Shown: one piece after another, positions 25,226 through 38,200 of the stretch
How positions within the stretch are numbered: the stretch's first letter is position 1
How the letters are laid out: the number at the start of each line of letters is the position of its first letter
DNA from: Epiperipatus broadwayi
Taxonomy: Eukaryota; Animalia; Onychophora
Assembly (NCBI GenBank): GCA_028023455.1
Contig: JAQFVV010000006.1
Location: forward strand, 14,880,001 to 14,944,000
Direction of reading: 5' to 3'
DNA: 64,000 bases
Position numbers and translations under genes: made by a program
The notes under the pieces: model-generated
The model's database searches: none
What the model saw: only the letters and a program-made list of their open reading frames with translations
What the model was told of the DNA's origin: nothing

Positions 25226-25680
25226 GTATTTTTCATTATTCCTCTTACATATATACATATAGCAGTTACTCATAAAGGAGTACGACCATTTCAATTCCAA
25301 AGAAAAGGAAAAAACTGCTCTTGAAATGAGTTTTGCAATGATTAACCAAACTAAAGTATGAATCATAAATACATGCACTTATAAAACATGTTATGTATTT
25401 TTCATTATTCCTCTTATATACATAAATATGACAGTCACTCGTAAATGAGTACAGCTAACTGCTCTAGAAATGAGTTTTGTAATGATTAACCAGACCAAAA
25501 TGTGAATCATAAACACATCCACATATAGAATATATTACATATTTTTCATTATTTCTCTTATGTACATATATATAACAGTACTCGCAAATGAGTTATGGCC
25601 ATTCTAATTTCCAAAAAAAAAAAAAAAAATGCTCTAGAAATGAGTTTTGCAATTAACTAAACCAAAGTGTGAATCATATA
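25226..25680 (+). repeat. Degenerate tandem repeat, three units of about 140-170 bp
   Basis: Recurring tttttcattattcctctta and gctct.gaaatgagttttg.aat.attaacc blocks. Confidence 0.7.
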
Positions 25681-25699
25681 TATATATAATACATGTTAA

Positions 25700-26690
25700 T
25701 CCATTTTTCTGCTTATTCTATAATTTGTGTTGTCTTTTAATTTCATCAGCAAACATTTTCTTCTCAAATACTTCAACGTGTCTAATTACTCTTCAAGGGT
25801 TCTATTCTTTACATATCTTCTCAAGGAAATGGTTAATATTGCACTTCTTGATGAAAATCTTTGAGATAATCCTTGTAACATAAACAGGGTTGACTTTTTC
25901 CATTGTTCAAGTTTCCATAGGTATGCTTTTAAAATCTTGCATTGTTCCTTTGTTTTACATGTCTGATTCAAAGAAGTATGATTTTAAATAGTGGGCTCTA
26001 CAGTCTCACATCCAGAAAGTTAAAGGATATATTAATTGGTTTTATGATCTTGCCATTATATTATTAAAATATTACAGAGCATGTTTAAATGAAACTTTAC
26101 TATTGTCTTTATATTGCACTGATAGCATGCCCAGGTTTCACTTCCATACAATAAATTAAGTAAAATAACTGTATATGCAGCTAACTTCATTGCAGTAGTT
26201 ATTTCTCTGTGATGAAATACGCTATCCTACCTCAATATTTAATTCCAGATTTTTACTTATTAAACTGCATTACTATCCTCAAGTTGATAACTATCCAGGA
26301 TAAAAGTAGTTGAGGATTTTTCTTCCATGACTAGCTGATAAAAGAACTTAATTTTTTTGAATATCTTCAATTGTTGCATTCAAAATATTAAGTATATGTT
26401 GTAAATCATCTTTTGAATTGACAAAAATAATACAATCATCAAGATACTGTAAATCCAGGGTCCAAGAAGGAGCTTTTAATTGATTCAAATTAAAAATTAC
26501 ATCATGAAACTTGTATCGTAACTTGATCTCCATTAAGCTGTCTATAAATACTTCCAAAGCCAATTGTCATAACAACTGAGTTGATACAAATGCCTCAAAT
26601 TTTTCATCTGTAATAATAATATTTCTTCTCATTCTATCTGTAGAAACTATAAAACACGAAACTTTTGTTGGACCATCAACTTATTTAATA
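25700..26690 (-). mobile_element. Penelope-like RT remnant
   Basis: QYLDDCIIF catalytic motif (ORF 26348..26563), VMEEKSSTTFILD downstream, and a YVTRIISKIFIKKCNI linker-like segment. Confidence 0.6.
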
Positions 26691-26834
26691 ACAATATCAT
26701 AAACCTAAATTGAATACTATAAACAAAGCAAAGCAAAACTCCATATAGTAGTGCCACCTGTGCTAAACAGAGTAATCAATGGATGCCAGAAGGCTTGTGC
26801 ATAAAATCCCTATCTAATGCCTACTCATCCAATA

Positions 26835-26877
26835 TCCCCAGACTAGTTTCTGGCTTGTGGCCTTCGTCAGTGAGGAG
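26835..26877 (-). ncRNA. Type I hammerhead motif, family A, intact core
   Basis: Minus strand: CUCCUCA CUGACGA A GGC CACAA GCC A GAAAC UA GUC UGGGGA. Inside a head-to-head A insertion at about 26722-27010. Confidence 0.8.
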
Positions 26878-28385
26878 CTTTGGATGAGTAGGCATTAGAT
26901 TACTCTGTTTAGCACAGGTGGCACTACTATATGGAGTTTTGCTTTGCTTTGTTTATAAAAAATTATGTGTTAGTATTGGAGATGTGATCATGTGATGCTT
27001 GCTGGTTTAATATGAATTTATCTTGTAATATAACTCCTAACTATAATTATTAAATACCATTGTTTTGGTATGGATGCATCAAGGTCCCTTTACAGCGAAT
27101 TTTTTTGTCTAAAACAAACTGTTTATGTTTTTTAGTCCATGTGTTTTGAATCCCTTGTACCAATTCATCATGTAAAAGTCTTCAAATAGAATAGTTTGAT
27201 ATTTTAATAGTATTGCTGTAATATTGCTATTCAACGAGGAATAAAAGCTTTCTATCTCTGAATCTAAGATTAGAGATTAGGCACTAATAAAATAGTCCTT
27301 AGTACTATTGTAGAAGGCAAGTTTTAATGCCACTAGTCTTTGAATGATACATCAAGGAATTTCAAGAATAGAAGATACTAAATTAGACTTTATACCAAAT
27401 TCAACCCTATGCATTCTCCGTTCACTGACCTTTGCTTTCAAAAACTTCTAGAGGCATTCACCTATTCTATTAAGCTTCATCCCTCTGCAAGATGAATTTT
27501 ACTAAGAGCAGATATATTGATTTTAACAGCTCTTTAGCCATCAGTACAGTTCTCAATTCTGTTCTTGAAGACTTCATCCCAGGTACTTAGGGGGAAAATA
27601 GATTTATATACTGATCTTTAGTATTACTGTTGCCTCCCGCTTTATCATGACTACTAACATTTTTAGTTATCATTTTATTGATATCTTCCAAGGAAACCTA
27701 GCTAGATTGCATGAGGTAGGCCCTTTTAAGATCCCTTCCTCTTAAATAGTAGGCAGGGGGGATACCTAAATAAGTCTGCTTAAATATATAATGTTTGACA
27801 TCCCGAACTCTCATCTTAAATCCAATTCCAAACTGACTCATTAGATCATAACTAAAGACTGCCTACTAAACTTGTTCCTGATAATACTTTTTTAATTCTT
27901 GATGGATTGAATTTAAAAAAAAAAAACAATAAAGGGAATTTGAGTCAGAAATAATATATGTGTAGGTGAAGGATAGGGATGTGATTGCTTGCATAAACAT
28001 GCAATCTCGTAGTGAAAGTTAGTTTAGGGAATGATCAGCGGCATATAGGATCTTAATGGCTAGGCCCTATACTAACAAGTGAGTTCAGAATGAAAAGAGG
28101 GAGAGAGAAAAGACTGTTTACATTAGAAATGGCATCTAGTCTTTGATGAACCAACATCCTAGCCTACAAAGCAATAGGAGGTATTTTTGATCAGGCATTG
28201 CTTATTTATTGTTCACAGTTGGCCTTCATATCTGAAGGTCATTTCACTGTTTACCACCTGTTTATTTGTAAACTAAAATTGCTTTTTAAAATTTAACAAA
28301 AAATGAATACTTATTTTAATCAGGTAATAATTTAGTATGTGTTCTGGAACCTTTTTACATATTTAGTGGAGATACCAAAAAGTCT

Positions 28386-29727
28386 CTGAACACTACTGAA
28401 AATACTAAGCGATAAATTTGATGTCTCCTTTAGAAAGAAGATCCATTTTGCAAATTTTGGTTAAGCGACGGTAAGAAACAAAGTAATCTATTTTTTTCAA
28501 TAAATTTGATATCTACTTGTGAATTAGGATATTGTTTTGCAGACTTCGGTGAAATCAATCAGATCCAGCCCCTCATTAAAATCTCAAAAATAGTTAATAT
28601 TATATGTTTGTGAGCATTGGGGGGGAGGGGTAATCTCTCACCCTTTTTTTTTAACCCACCTGTCCAGTGTAGTATTATTTTGAGAACACAAATACATACA
28701 ATGATTATTCTGACTTCATTTGTTTGGCATTACCTTTGTTTTTAAGGTTCCTACCTTATAGACAAGAACAATTCATTTGTCAATATTTTTTTATTATTCC
28801 TCCGATGCAGTAGAAAATGATTATTTTCACCTGGTTAATTAAACAACAATAGTCAGAAAGAAACCGATTATTTCTTTTTATCTCCCTCCCACAAAAATTA
28901 TCCGTGTATCAATTTTCAATACCCATTACCTATATTAGCATGTAAAATCTAGCAGGCAGCTTGATCTGGAAAGTGGTGTTAAACTCTCAACAGAAAAGTT
29001 ACACAAATTAACAAAATCTAACAGATACTTGACTTAACCAAAAAAATAGCAGTGATCAACTCTAAAAAAAGACCGATTCCATAAACAAACAAAATCATGC
29101 TTGACCTAAAAGCAGTGAGAAACTCAAAAAAGAAAAGTTTTGCATACTAATAAATGTTATTTTTTTTTTTTTTTTATATATATCAAAACGTTGACCGGAA
29201 AGCGAACCCCGGCCGGCTGCTTGGAAGGTAGCTATGCTAACCGCTAGGCCACTAACGCTTCCCTACTAGCTATGTTCAACCAAAACAAAAAGAGTAACTT
29301 CTATTATTTGTTTATTAAAATCATTCTCAGGGTTTTTTTGCATCACTTGTTTGATACAGTAGATAGAAAATCTTTTTGTATGTGTAAGGGGTTTTTTTTT
29401 TTTTTGTTAACAAAAAGTATTAATTACTATTTTTGTTCATTAAAATGTTCTCAAGTTGTTTTCACATTATCTGCAGTATTATTTCAATCGCCTATACAGA
29501 AAATTAGGATTATTTTGACTTCATTTGGTTTCAATAAAAAATGGTACACGTGACCGATTACTTTTTTTTTCCCAATAGTAAACTCCAAAACATGGTGGGG
29601 GAGGGGACTCATTTATCACTTTGAAAATTGCCTAAAGTTTTTGATTTTAAAAAAAAAGAACATGTAAATTTTTTACCTTTACCAAAGCGGGCGGGGGGGA
29701 TTGTTTAGTATTTTCAGTAGTGTTCAG
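28386..29727. mobile_element. Old inverted-repeat-bounded element (DNA transposon-like)
   Basis: Perfect 23-bp inverted repeat ctgaacactactgaaaatactaa at 28386-28408 / 29705-29727. True termini and TSD not resolved. Confidence 0.35.
29158..29258 (-). mobile_element. tRNA-Gly(TCC)-derived SINE
   Basis: GCGTTAGTGGCCTAGCGGTTAGCATAGCTACCTTCCAAGCAGCCGGCCGGGGTTCGCTTTCCGGTCAACG plus a poly(A) tail. D and acceptor stems are mispaired. Confidence 0.75.
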
Positions 29728-30265
29728 TGATTCCCCAAGGTTAAAGAAGTCCCAGGGCAGGTACTCTTTAATTGTGCTTAAACTTTAGTGTTCATATAAA
29801 GATATTCACTTTATTAAAAGGTTTATACTGATAGTTTTAATGAAGTCAAACAAAATTATAAACAAATTGCAAACAGAATTTTTTTTCGAAATGATATAAA
29901 ATTTTTCAAAATTTCTGTTTTAGAACTCTTTAGAATTTAATAGAAAGGGTAAAGTAATAACTATTGAGCATCTGTCCAAAAGATTATGTGACATTAAAGT
30001 TTCACTGCGACAAGTAGTTTACACATGTTTAGTTAGAAATCAGCACATGAACCTTCAGCTTTTGCTTCTTCCGCTTTCACTATTATGTTACCCCATGAGA
30101 TTTAATGGATCATTGCAGTTACACATTCATGAGCTAACAATTTCTGTATCAAAACTTGACCAATTATTTCTTGTACCTGAATATCGTATGATATTATTAA
30201 TCATTAACTATTCAATTACATGAATTTATCATTTCATTGCTAAACTGCATAAGTTCTTTTTAAAG

Positions 30266-31140
30266 AAGGTTGCCTTGACAACAGATTGAGATTGTTGATT
30301 GTTATTGATATTGGTATTCTTGAAGTGGTGATTGCTTCCATGTATTTACATTATTTACCTATCTAGCCTTGGACATTATTAATTTTATTTTCTAAGTCAG
30401 GGATGCCCAACATTTAACTTGACGCAAGCCAGTTGAGAAATTTAAAAAAATTTGGGGAGCCACAATTATATATTGCAGTTTTCATATTACATTTATAAAC
30501 ATAATTCACAAACTGCAAAAAAAAAACAACTGGTATAATATGTTAATAATAAGAAAAAAAATGTAAATGCATTTCATTTATATTTATTTATTAAAAATTT
30601 GGTAACGTACATATAAATTACAATTACAGGAAAAGTATATTTTAATTATTTCATTTAATGTGAAACCTGACGCTGCATATCGTTATCGTTTGTATTGTAA
30701 AAATGTTTATTTTTTAGTGTGTGCATGTGGCGTCAAGGAACATAAAATATTTTATCAATTTTTCTTGAAGAGTGCAATGCGAGCCACATTAAACGGTTGC
30801 GCAAGCCACATGTGACTCGCGAGCTACGGGTTGGGCATCCCTGCTCTAAGTCATACATAGGTGGAGTGCAATTTGAAAGTTATAATTGACTATTTGTTAG
30901 TCTGCTTTAAGAACAGGTTTATTTACCTGTTTAATGTAATTGATTTAAACATCTTTGAATTAATTATTTCATCCTTTACAGTCAAGTTGCAATCTTTAAT
31001 GTCTATATAAACATATTAGACCTATATAATGATGGTTTTCTACTTTTATTGTTCAAAGGAGGTTGCTTTGACAACAGATTGAGATTGTTATTGATATTTG
31101 GCATTGTTTAAGTGTTGACTGCTTTTATGTATTTACTTAA
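30266..31140 (+). repeat. Family F repeat (about 340-356-bp unit), split by a hAT MITE
   Basis: ggttgccttgacaacagattgagattgtt at 30266 and about 31059. Same family at 18125-18235 and 48940-49890. Confidence 0.75.
30398..30843. mobile_element. hAT (Charlie-like) MITE, 446 bp
   Basis: TIR CAGGGATGCCCAAC / GTTGGGCATCCCTG. TSD TTCTAAGT / CTCTAAGT (7/8). Subterminal gagccaca motifs. Confidence 0.9.
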
Positions 31141-31300
31141 TTAAAAATAGAAATAATGAACAAATGTTTCACTTGATTTCCTTGTTTGTAAATGATTTTA
31201 TAATGTTTATAACAACACTGTGACATATTTTTGAATTGACAGAGCATTATTTGAGACTAAAGTTGAACAAAACAAATTAGTTTTACCATTTCTTTTGCAG

Positions 31301-31342
31301 TGGAGATAAAGAAGTATTGGAAGATGATGATACTTCGTATAG
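31301..31342 (+). CDS. Candidate 42-nt mini-exon
   Basis: ttcttttgcag|42 nt|gtgaat. Open in two frames (GDKEVLEDDDTSY or VEIKKYWKMMILRI). Phase-compatible with 28434-28470 and 37234-37306. Confidence 0.3.
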
Positions 31343-32230
31343 GTGAATAAATTATTCCTAAAGCAGATGTGAAATGGACCATTTTTATCGGTATATACTT
31401 ACAAACTTAAAGTTGAGAAGCTAAAATAAATTACCTTAAGAGGGTAGCAAGCCATGACAAATTACCATTGATAATGATCAAAAATGTTATCACTTGGTTC
31501 TAATATTTTATCGCCTTACTTTACTTACCTTTGGAAAGAGACAACATATATCCATATTGTGAACTGAACTTAAATGCAATGTTGACTTAAAAATAAGATG
31601 ATGTAGAATAAGTACAGAAAAAATGTTTTCAGAAGAATTATGAAAGATTTTTATAAAGGGATATTTGCTTAAACTAGCATGCGTAATGTATTTTAAGAAA
31701 AAATAATGGACTTATATCAGAATTGCTGCACATGTTTTTCGATAGCAGAAGGCTGTACCTTTTTCCAGTGGGGGTATTTGTGATGGCTAAATGCCATAGT
31801 TGTGACTTTTTAATATGGTATTCTGTCATCACAAACACGAAAAGCAAATCTATTATGTAAATTCCAAAATAATAATTTGAAAATCCAAAAGAAAAAGGTT
31901 CCACGGAAAGATTCCATGAAGGTTGTACTTGAAATTGAAAATTTAACGTGTTATTGTGAGTCTATAATTGAGATGCTAGAAAAAAACTGTGCTAAGAGGA
32001 TGGTAAACTATTATTAATGGCATTGGCTTGATCATAGTATTTCGGGTAAAAAATGATTTAAAAGCGAGAGATTGTTGACAGAGCCTTTTTGCTTTGCAGA
32101 AGGGTGTTAGTTTTAGCAGTTATTAAAAATAATATGCCATCTGTAAGTCAATTTGATCTGTAAAAAAATTTCCATAACATCCATTTATTAACCTATTCAT
32201 TCATTATACTGAATGTTTTTTATAGTAAAT

Positions 32231-32567
32231 AGAGGGATTTGAACTTAGGATTTTCAGTTAAATCCATCAAGGGCTTAGAGCATTCCAGCATTGATTTTTC
32301 AATGAAGTGGATTATTGAATTGTAGGTGAGAAGATTGAAGTCTGTCCATTAAAGTTTAAAGAATTGCTATCTTGATATAAGCCAAGCCACTGGTTATATA
32401 TCTGTGTGGGAGATTATGATCTGGTCAACTGATGAGTGCTGGTTCTGCCCAAAATACGGATATTGGGAATCATTTATCTTTTTCAATGTGTGTGGTCATG
32501 TGTATTGGTTGTTTGAGATGGAGTGGAGGATGAATATAGACTGAAAATCCTAAATTCAAATCCCTCT
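32231..32567 (+). repeat. Family D-prime head-to-head insertion
   Basis: Both outer ends are gttcaaatccctct in inverted orientation. HHR at 32425-32466: CUGAUGA GUGC...AAAAU ACGG AUA UUGG (G12 to A). Confidence 0.75.
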
Positions 32568-33844
32568 ATTTAAATCCGTTGTATATTTTTTTTCATAATT
32601 TTTGTTATTATTTCTTTCTTTCTCTGCTAATCTTATTAATTTTTCTATTTGCTTATTTGGAAATAGTGATTATTGAAGGCGAAATATTTTCATGTTCAAA
32701 AAAGAGTCAATAAATTATGATCCAAAAAACTTTATGTTCCTTGACCTATTTTCAGGTCATTTAATTTCTTTCTGTGAAAACATAGATATTTATTCTAAAT
32801 TGGCTTTAATTTCTGACTGACAGTTATTGATTCTGACGATGTTGAAGTTTTATTTATTAGGTATTGTAAAATAGAATTATAAGAAAATAGAACATTAAAT
32901 AAAATAATAAAAACATAATATGTATATATAGTTTTATTACATCAGGCCAATTTTTGTAATGAAGAAAAATATCAATGTGACTTTGTTTAACTTAGTAAAG
33001 TTTTAGACTCGGGAGCGTTTATGTATTCGCATCGATTATCGTTTTTTGGCACTTCCGGTTCTAGAATTTCTTATGAACTCCTGAATAAATAAGTAACTCG
33101 GGAGCATTTAGGTATTTGTATCGTTCTCTTTTTTTTGGCTATTTCCGGTTCTAGAATTTTCTAGGAACTTCTGAATAGTGAAGCCATTCTATTATTTTTG
33201 TATTAATATCAAAATGTTTATTAGGTAAAGAGAAAACGTAAACCATATCTGACCACAATGGAAGTATAACGTATATCACCACTTTTAAAGTCCATATTAT
33301 AAACAGTCATACTTTTGTGTTTACAGTTGCTGCATCAGCTTTTAACTAAACAAGCTCGATTAATTTGGATTATTTATCTTTTTTACTAATAATAGATACC
33401 CTTTTATTGACAGGTGCTGGATAGTTAGCTGGATTGATTATGGGATAACTATCTGGAAGAAAAATCCTGAGCCTGGTTTGCCCTGAGACATCCAATCCAT
33501 TGGAAAATTCTAAAACATTAGTGTGTCAGATAGATATACTAATCATTATGTCATGTAATTCTTCAAGAACTAAAGTTGTTAAAGATATTACAAAAAAATG
33601 AGATTTTTGTAATATGGGTATATATTGTTATACAGACACTCATGTAGTATACTATTCATAAGTTGTAATGACTACTATATGTCATTAGGTTAGGTCACTG
33701 TTTTTAGTTCTGTTTTAAGTAATGACATGTAATACATGTTATACATTTTTGTTTTTCTTCTAATTCCCATCCCTTACTCCCAGTATAATTTTCATTTGCC
33801 TTTTTCAATAATTTGTAGTTTTAACAGTAACAACTCTTCATATT

Positions 33845-34340
33845 GTAGCCAGTGCAAGCAAGCCATAGTAATGAATGGATCCTAAAAGGTTTGTACATTA
33901 AAATCCCTATCTCGTGCCTACTCATTCACTATCTCCAAACTAGTTTCTAGTTTATTGTTTTTCGTCTGTGCGGAGCCTTAGAAGTGAGAGCACTGTACCT
34001 AGATTCTGGGATCTAATGCTACTCTCCAGACATCACCTTTTATCTATATAGTTAACTATAAAGCTATGAACTCAAAATGAAAACATGTTTTCAATCCAAG
34101 CTAATTTGCTTGTATATACAGATCTGAACTCAATTCAGTATATATATTTCGGTGTCATTGGTTTTCTATAACCATAGTCACCATCATCCATTGGCCAAGA
34201 TTGGTATTAAACCACTAAAACATATGATGGACCTTTTCTTGCATTATGGTTTGTACTGCATGGCATTACTGGATGGAGAGAGTTGCTACTGTAATAACAG
34301 CTTGTGTAAGCATAAGGAATAGTGATCATGTGATGTTTTA
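33845..34340 (-). repeat. Family A unit with decayed hammerhead
   Basis: Core at about 33930-33977 reads CAGACGA...AGAAACUAGUU on the minus strand. Flanks match family A. Confidence 0.7.
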
Positions 34341-34361
34341 GTGATTTGATTTGCAGTTTTT

Positions 34362-34539
34362 TACAATTTTGCATACTTTAGATTACTTTTCATTTATCTT
34401 TTTCAATATTTTAGAGTTTTTGCACAACCCTGAACATTTAAGCACAGTGGTACAATTTTGCATACTTTAGATTACTTTTCATTTATCTTTTTCAATATTT
34501 TAGAGTTTTTGCACAACCCTGAACATTTAAGCACAGTGG
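34362..34539 (+). repeat. Perfect 89-bp tandem duplication
   Basis: tacaattttgcatac...aagcacagtgg at 34362 and 34451. Confidence 0.9.
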
Positions 34540-34814
34540 GTTAACCCAAAAACTAACAGTTTCCATATCAATTCCCATGTGAGAGAAGTAAAAAAAATGT
34601 TAATTTGGTCAATTATTTAACCATACAATGTGCTTTGGTGCGCATATGTCAAATGAACACTCAAGAGACAGACCATGTGATCATTTTTCTAATGTTTTGT
34701 GTACTACAGTATGTGGCTTTAAGATTTATTATTAATCTTGGATAGCCTTATTGTAAATTATTTATAATTATATAAAAGGAGTTATACATATAATATATAT
34801 ATTACAAATAAATC

Positions 34815-35280
34815 AAGTCAGATGTCACATGACTTAATTTAAACAAGCTTGTGTTACAAATGTTTTATAAAGGGCTCACAAATAAGCTCTTAACAAGCTT
34901 TGCAGAATATCCTCAACCCCAGACCGGTTCTGCTACTGACTTCATCAGTGAGGTGCCAGGATATTCAAGCATTAGATTAAAAATACTAGGATAAGCCCAG
35001 CTCTTTATCTATTGGATAACTATTAAGTAGAAAAACAGACATTTTCAGACATCCGTATGTCTTCCAATCCAGCTATCTAACTTAAATAGCTGTATGGACT
35101 GAACTAAGTTCAGATACACCATATATTAATAGCTTTAGCAATATAAAATCGCCAAAACCTTAATAGCAAAAAATAAAATTTCAAATAAATAAAGTCAGAT
35201 GTCACATGACCTAACTTAAACAAGCTTGCATTACAAATGTTTTATAAAGAGCTCGCAAATAAGCTATTAACAAGCTTTGC
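34815..35280 (-). repeat. Family B hammerhead repeat, 1.2-mer (period 377)
   Basis: aagtcagatgtcacatgac at 34815 and 35192. HHR at 34915-34955, minus strand: CACCUCA CUGAUGA AGUCAGUAGCA GAAC CG GUC UGGGGU. Confidence 0.8.
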
Positions 35281-38200
35281 ATCATATGAGATCCAATTAA
35301 AACCTTATCCACAATAAACTAAACTGTTAATATTTCATCTTTGTTATATATAATTACATCTTGATTGTATGCTACTATTTAATGTGTATATGTATATTAA
35401 ACACTGTAGCTAGACATTACAACATATATGATATAAATGGTTCCTTTATAGATTCTTATTGAATAATGAATATGCATCTAATTCAAACTATACACATTTA
35501 AAAATAAGCATCATCTAAACTCTACTTTCTTCTGATCTACAGCTATCAAATCTACCATATTATTACTTCATAGTAAATGATAACTAGATGCAATTGTGGA
35601 CCCTCATATTCTTCAACATATAAGGATTTATTTTCATTTTAGTAGACTTTGGTAATACTTTGTTGTCCATTCTTCCTAAAAATTATACTTCATATTTATT
35701 TCTTCAAAATATTTTGAACTTATTTTACATAAATGAAGTTATTCCCTTCTAACTACCATCCCTGATATATTTTATTAAATTAAGAATATTTCAACAACAA
35801 TATTTCTGTAGTGAATTTCATTACACCCCCCTCACCCAAGGTAGTGACTGGATTCGATCAACTTTTAACACCATGCGGATGGATATAATCACGAACATCT
35901 GAAAATTATTAAGAAAATATTTAGTCTTTTCACCAACTTTGGGTTCAGTTTTTGTGCCCTGGATATATTTATAATCACCAATAATCCATTTTCAACTCGT
36001 ACAGCTATTGTTTTCTTTATTAAATCAAATTTTAATGTAAACTGTGTTTCTTTATTAAATTTTAATTAGAATAATTAGAATAATTTTATTGATCTAGTAA
36101 ATGATTGTACGAATCAAAATTTTTTTATTATAACCGTTCCCCATATTTAATCTTTATGAATATCTAGTGTTATTTTTTCTGACACATATGTATATAGTTT
36201 ACATTTAAATTATTGATAATTATATTCAAATACTGTAATTTATTAAATTTGATTTTTAAATACAAATACATTTTACTGCAATTAAATTGACTAATTCGTA
36301 ATGGATTCTTGAGATTGTCCTATGTAATTAAAACAATAATTTTAAGACAATTTTAAATAAAATATCTGACAAAATAATACATTAATGCTGTCACGTTTTA
36401 TTTACATGAATACGTAATTATTGGAATGAAATAAGATGAAAAATCAATAAACTTATTATGAATAGACCTACAGAGGCCCCTAGTAACGATTTTTTCAGAC
36501 GCTCATTGCTAAGGTTTACAGCCTTGTTAAAACTATTAAAGCAAACATCTTAACTTAATGAAATACAAAGAAATATCTTTGGCCAATTCATCCTTTGTGT
36601 GAAATAAAAAAATCAAAGCAGATGAGTTTTTGCGTAATTCATACAGTAAGAAAAGTGTATAAATGTACTGTTGATAAAAAGTCAACCATTATTAATGATA
36701 GAATTATTCTAAGCTTTATCCAATCATATTATTATCTAAGGACATGACTGGGTTATTCTGCTGATATCAATGGCTGAAATAGTTTAATGTGACATTGAAA
36801 ATCTCTGGAAATTACTAGATGTTATCTTAAAGATGGAAGATTAGAGTAGTCCGTCTTTGGGTTAATACGCCATAGCAAGAAAAATACTAAAGTACCCTAG
36901 AAACAGATTAAAAGTATAAAATAATTATTTATTTTCCCCATTCCCTAAGCTGAATACTGGCTTGCATAATAGCAGGCCTATATCATAAATTTATTTATTG
37001 AAATAACAATTTGGTTAGGTTATAAATAAAGTAAAAAAAAAATAGTTGCATAATGGGTTTGGTCTATACTCTCTCCCCATTTTATAAACGCTGTGTAATG
37101 AATATAAAATAAATAATTTCCTTTACAAATGCATCTAACTTTTTTTGTTTTGTTTCGATTACATTTGTTTTAACAAACATTACCTACATCACTCTTATTC
37201 TGAATGTATATCGATAATGTTTAAATGACACAGGTATCAAGACACTCAACGTGAGATGTCGCCTCCGTTATTAGAAATCAATAAATTAAATGGATCCTGC
37301 ATGTAGCGAATCGATGTTAGATGTATTACGTAACCTCAAAAATGTTTCGTATCAAAAGGTATTAAAAGTAAATAATTAGTAGGAATAATGTATGCATAGA
37401 TAGAATACATAATATTATACAACATGAAATAAATAATATACTTAAAATTATAAAATATATAATACAAAAAAAGGTATTACCCAAAAAAATATATATACAC
37501 TCATCTTGACTTCTTGGCTCCCTCCAAGTTGAACTTCTAGGTGGACCACATGACCATGAAACAAGGCTGCAAGGGCTTCATTGTCTATACACATGTATTG
37601 TATAATTCTTCAGTAAGGTAGGCTGGATCATCTGCATTCACATCTTGGCGGCGAGAATACAAATGGCGCGGGTGCATTGCCCCAGGAAATCTACTCCATA
37701 TCCCTTAGATCAAATAAATAAGCTATTGGGACCATCTTTTACACATTCCTTTAAAAAAAATACTTTAATTAAAACTTGCCAATCTTACGGAAAACTTCTC
37801 ATGAAGAAATGGTTTTTCTTCAAACTTCTTTTAACTGCAAATTAATTATTGTATGCTGTATAGTTGCTATTCATAGTTCCAAGAATTCTCTCTAACTTAT
37901 AGGTGAGTCTTTAAATGAATTCTGGATACACCAACTTTTGCTTTATTTATCTTTTAGCAACGGCTTCTTTCCATAAAGGTTACTAGCTGTAATTTTTTTT
38001 AAAACTAAATCTCATCTCCCTTCTCCTTGTTACCTTGATGACCTTTACTAGTTACTGCTTGTAGAAATGATTTTTAATAATCATGCTGTTTTTTCCACTT
38101 TCAGTCAGTAACAGCAAAAAATACAAATATCCAGAACATAGTTTAAGTAGGCAAATCAGCTGATCCAAGCTGGACATGAAGGCACCACTGTCGAATATAT

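Noticed and set aside
27700-27860. Minus-strand QTYLGIPL, like a non-LTR RT motif
   Set aside because: A single short motif without supporting RT blocks is too weak to call.
29187-29258. Functional tRNA-Gly(TCC) gene
   Set aside because: The D stem and acceptor stem are mispaired, the T loop is altered, and it carries the SINE tail shared with four other copies.
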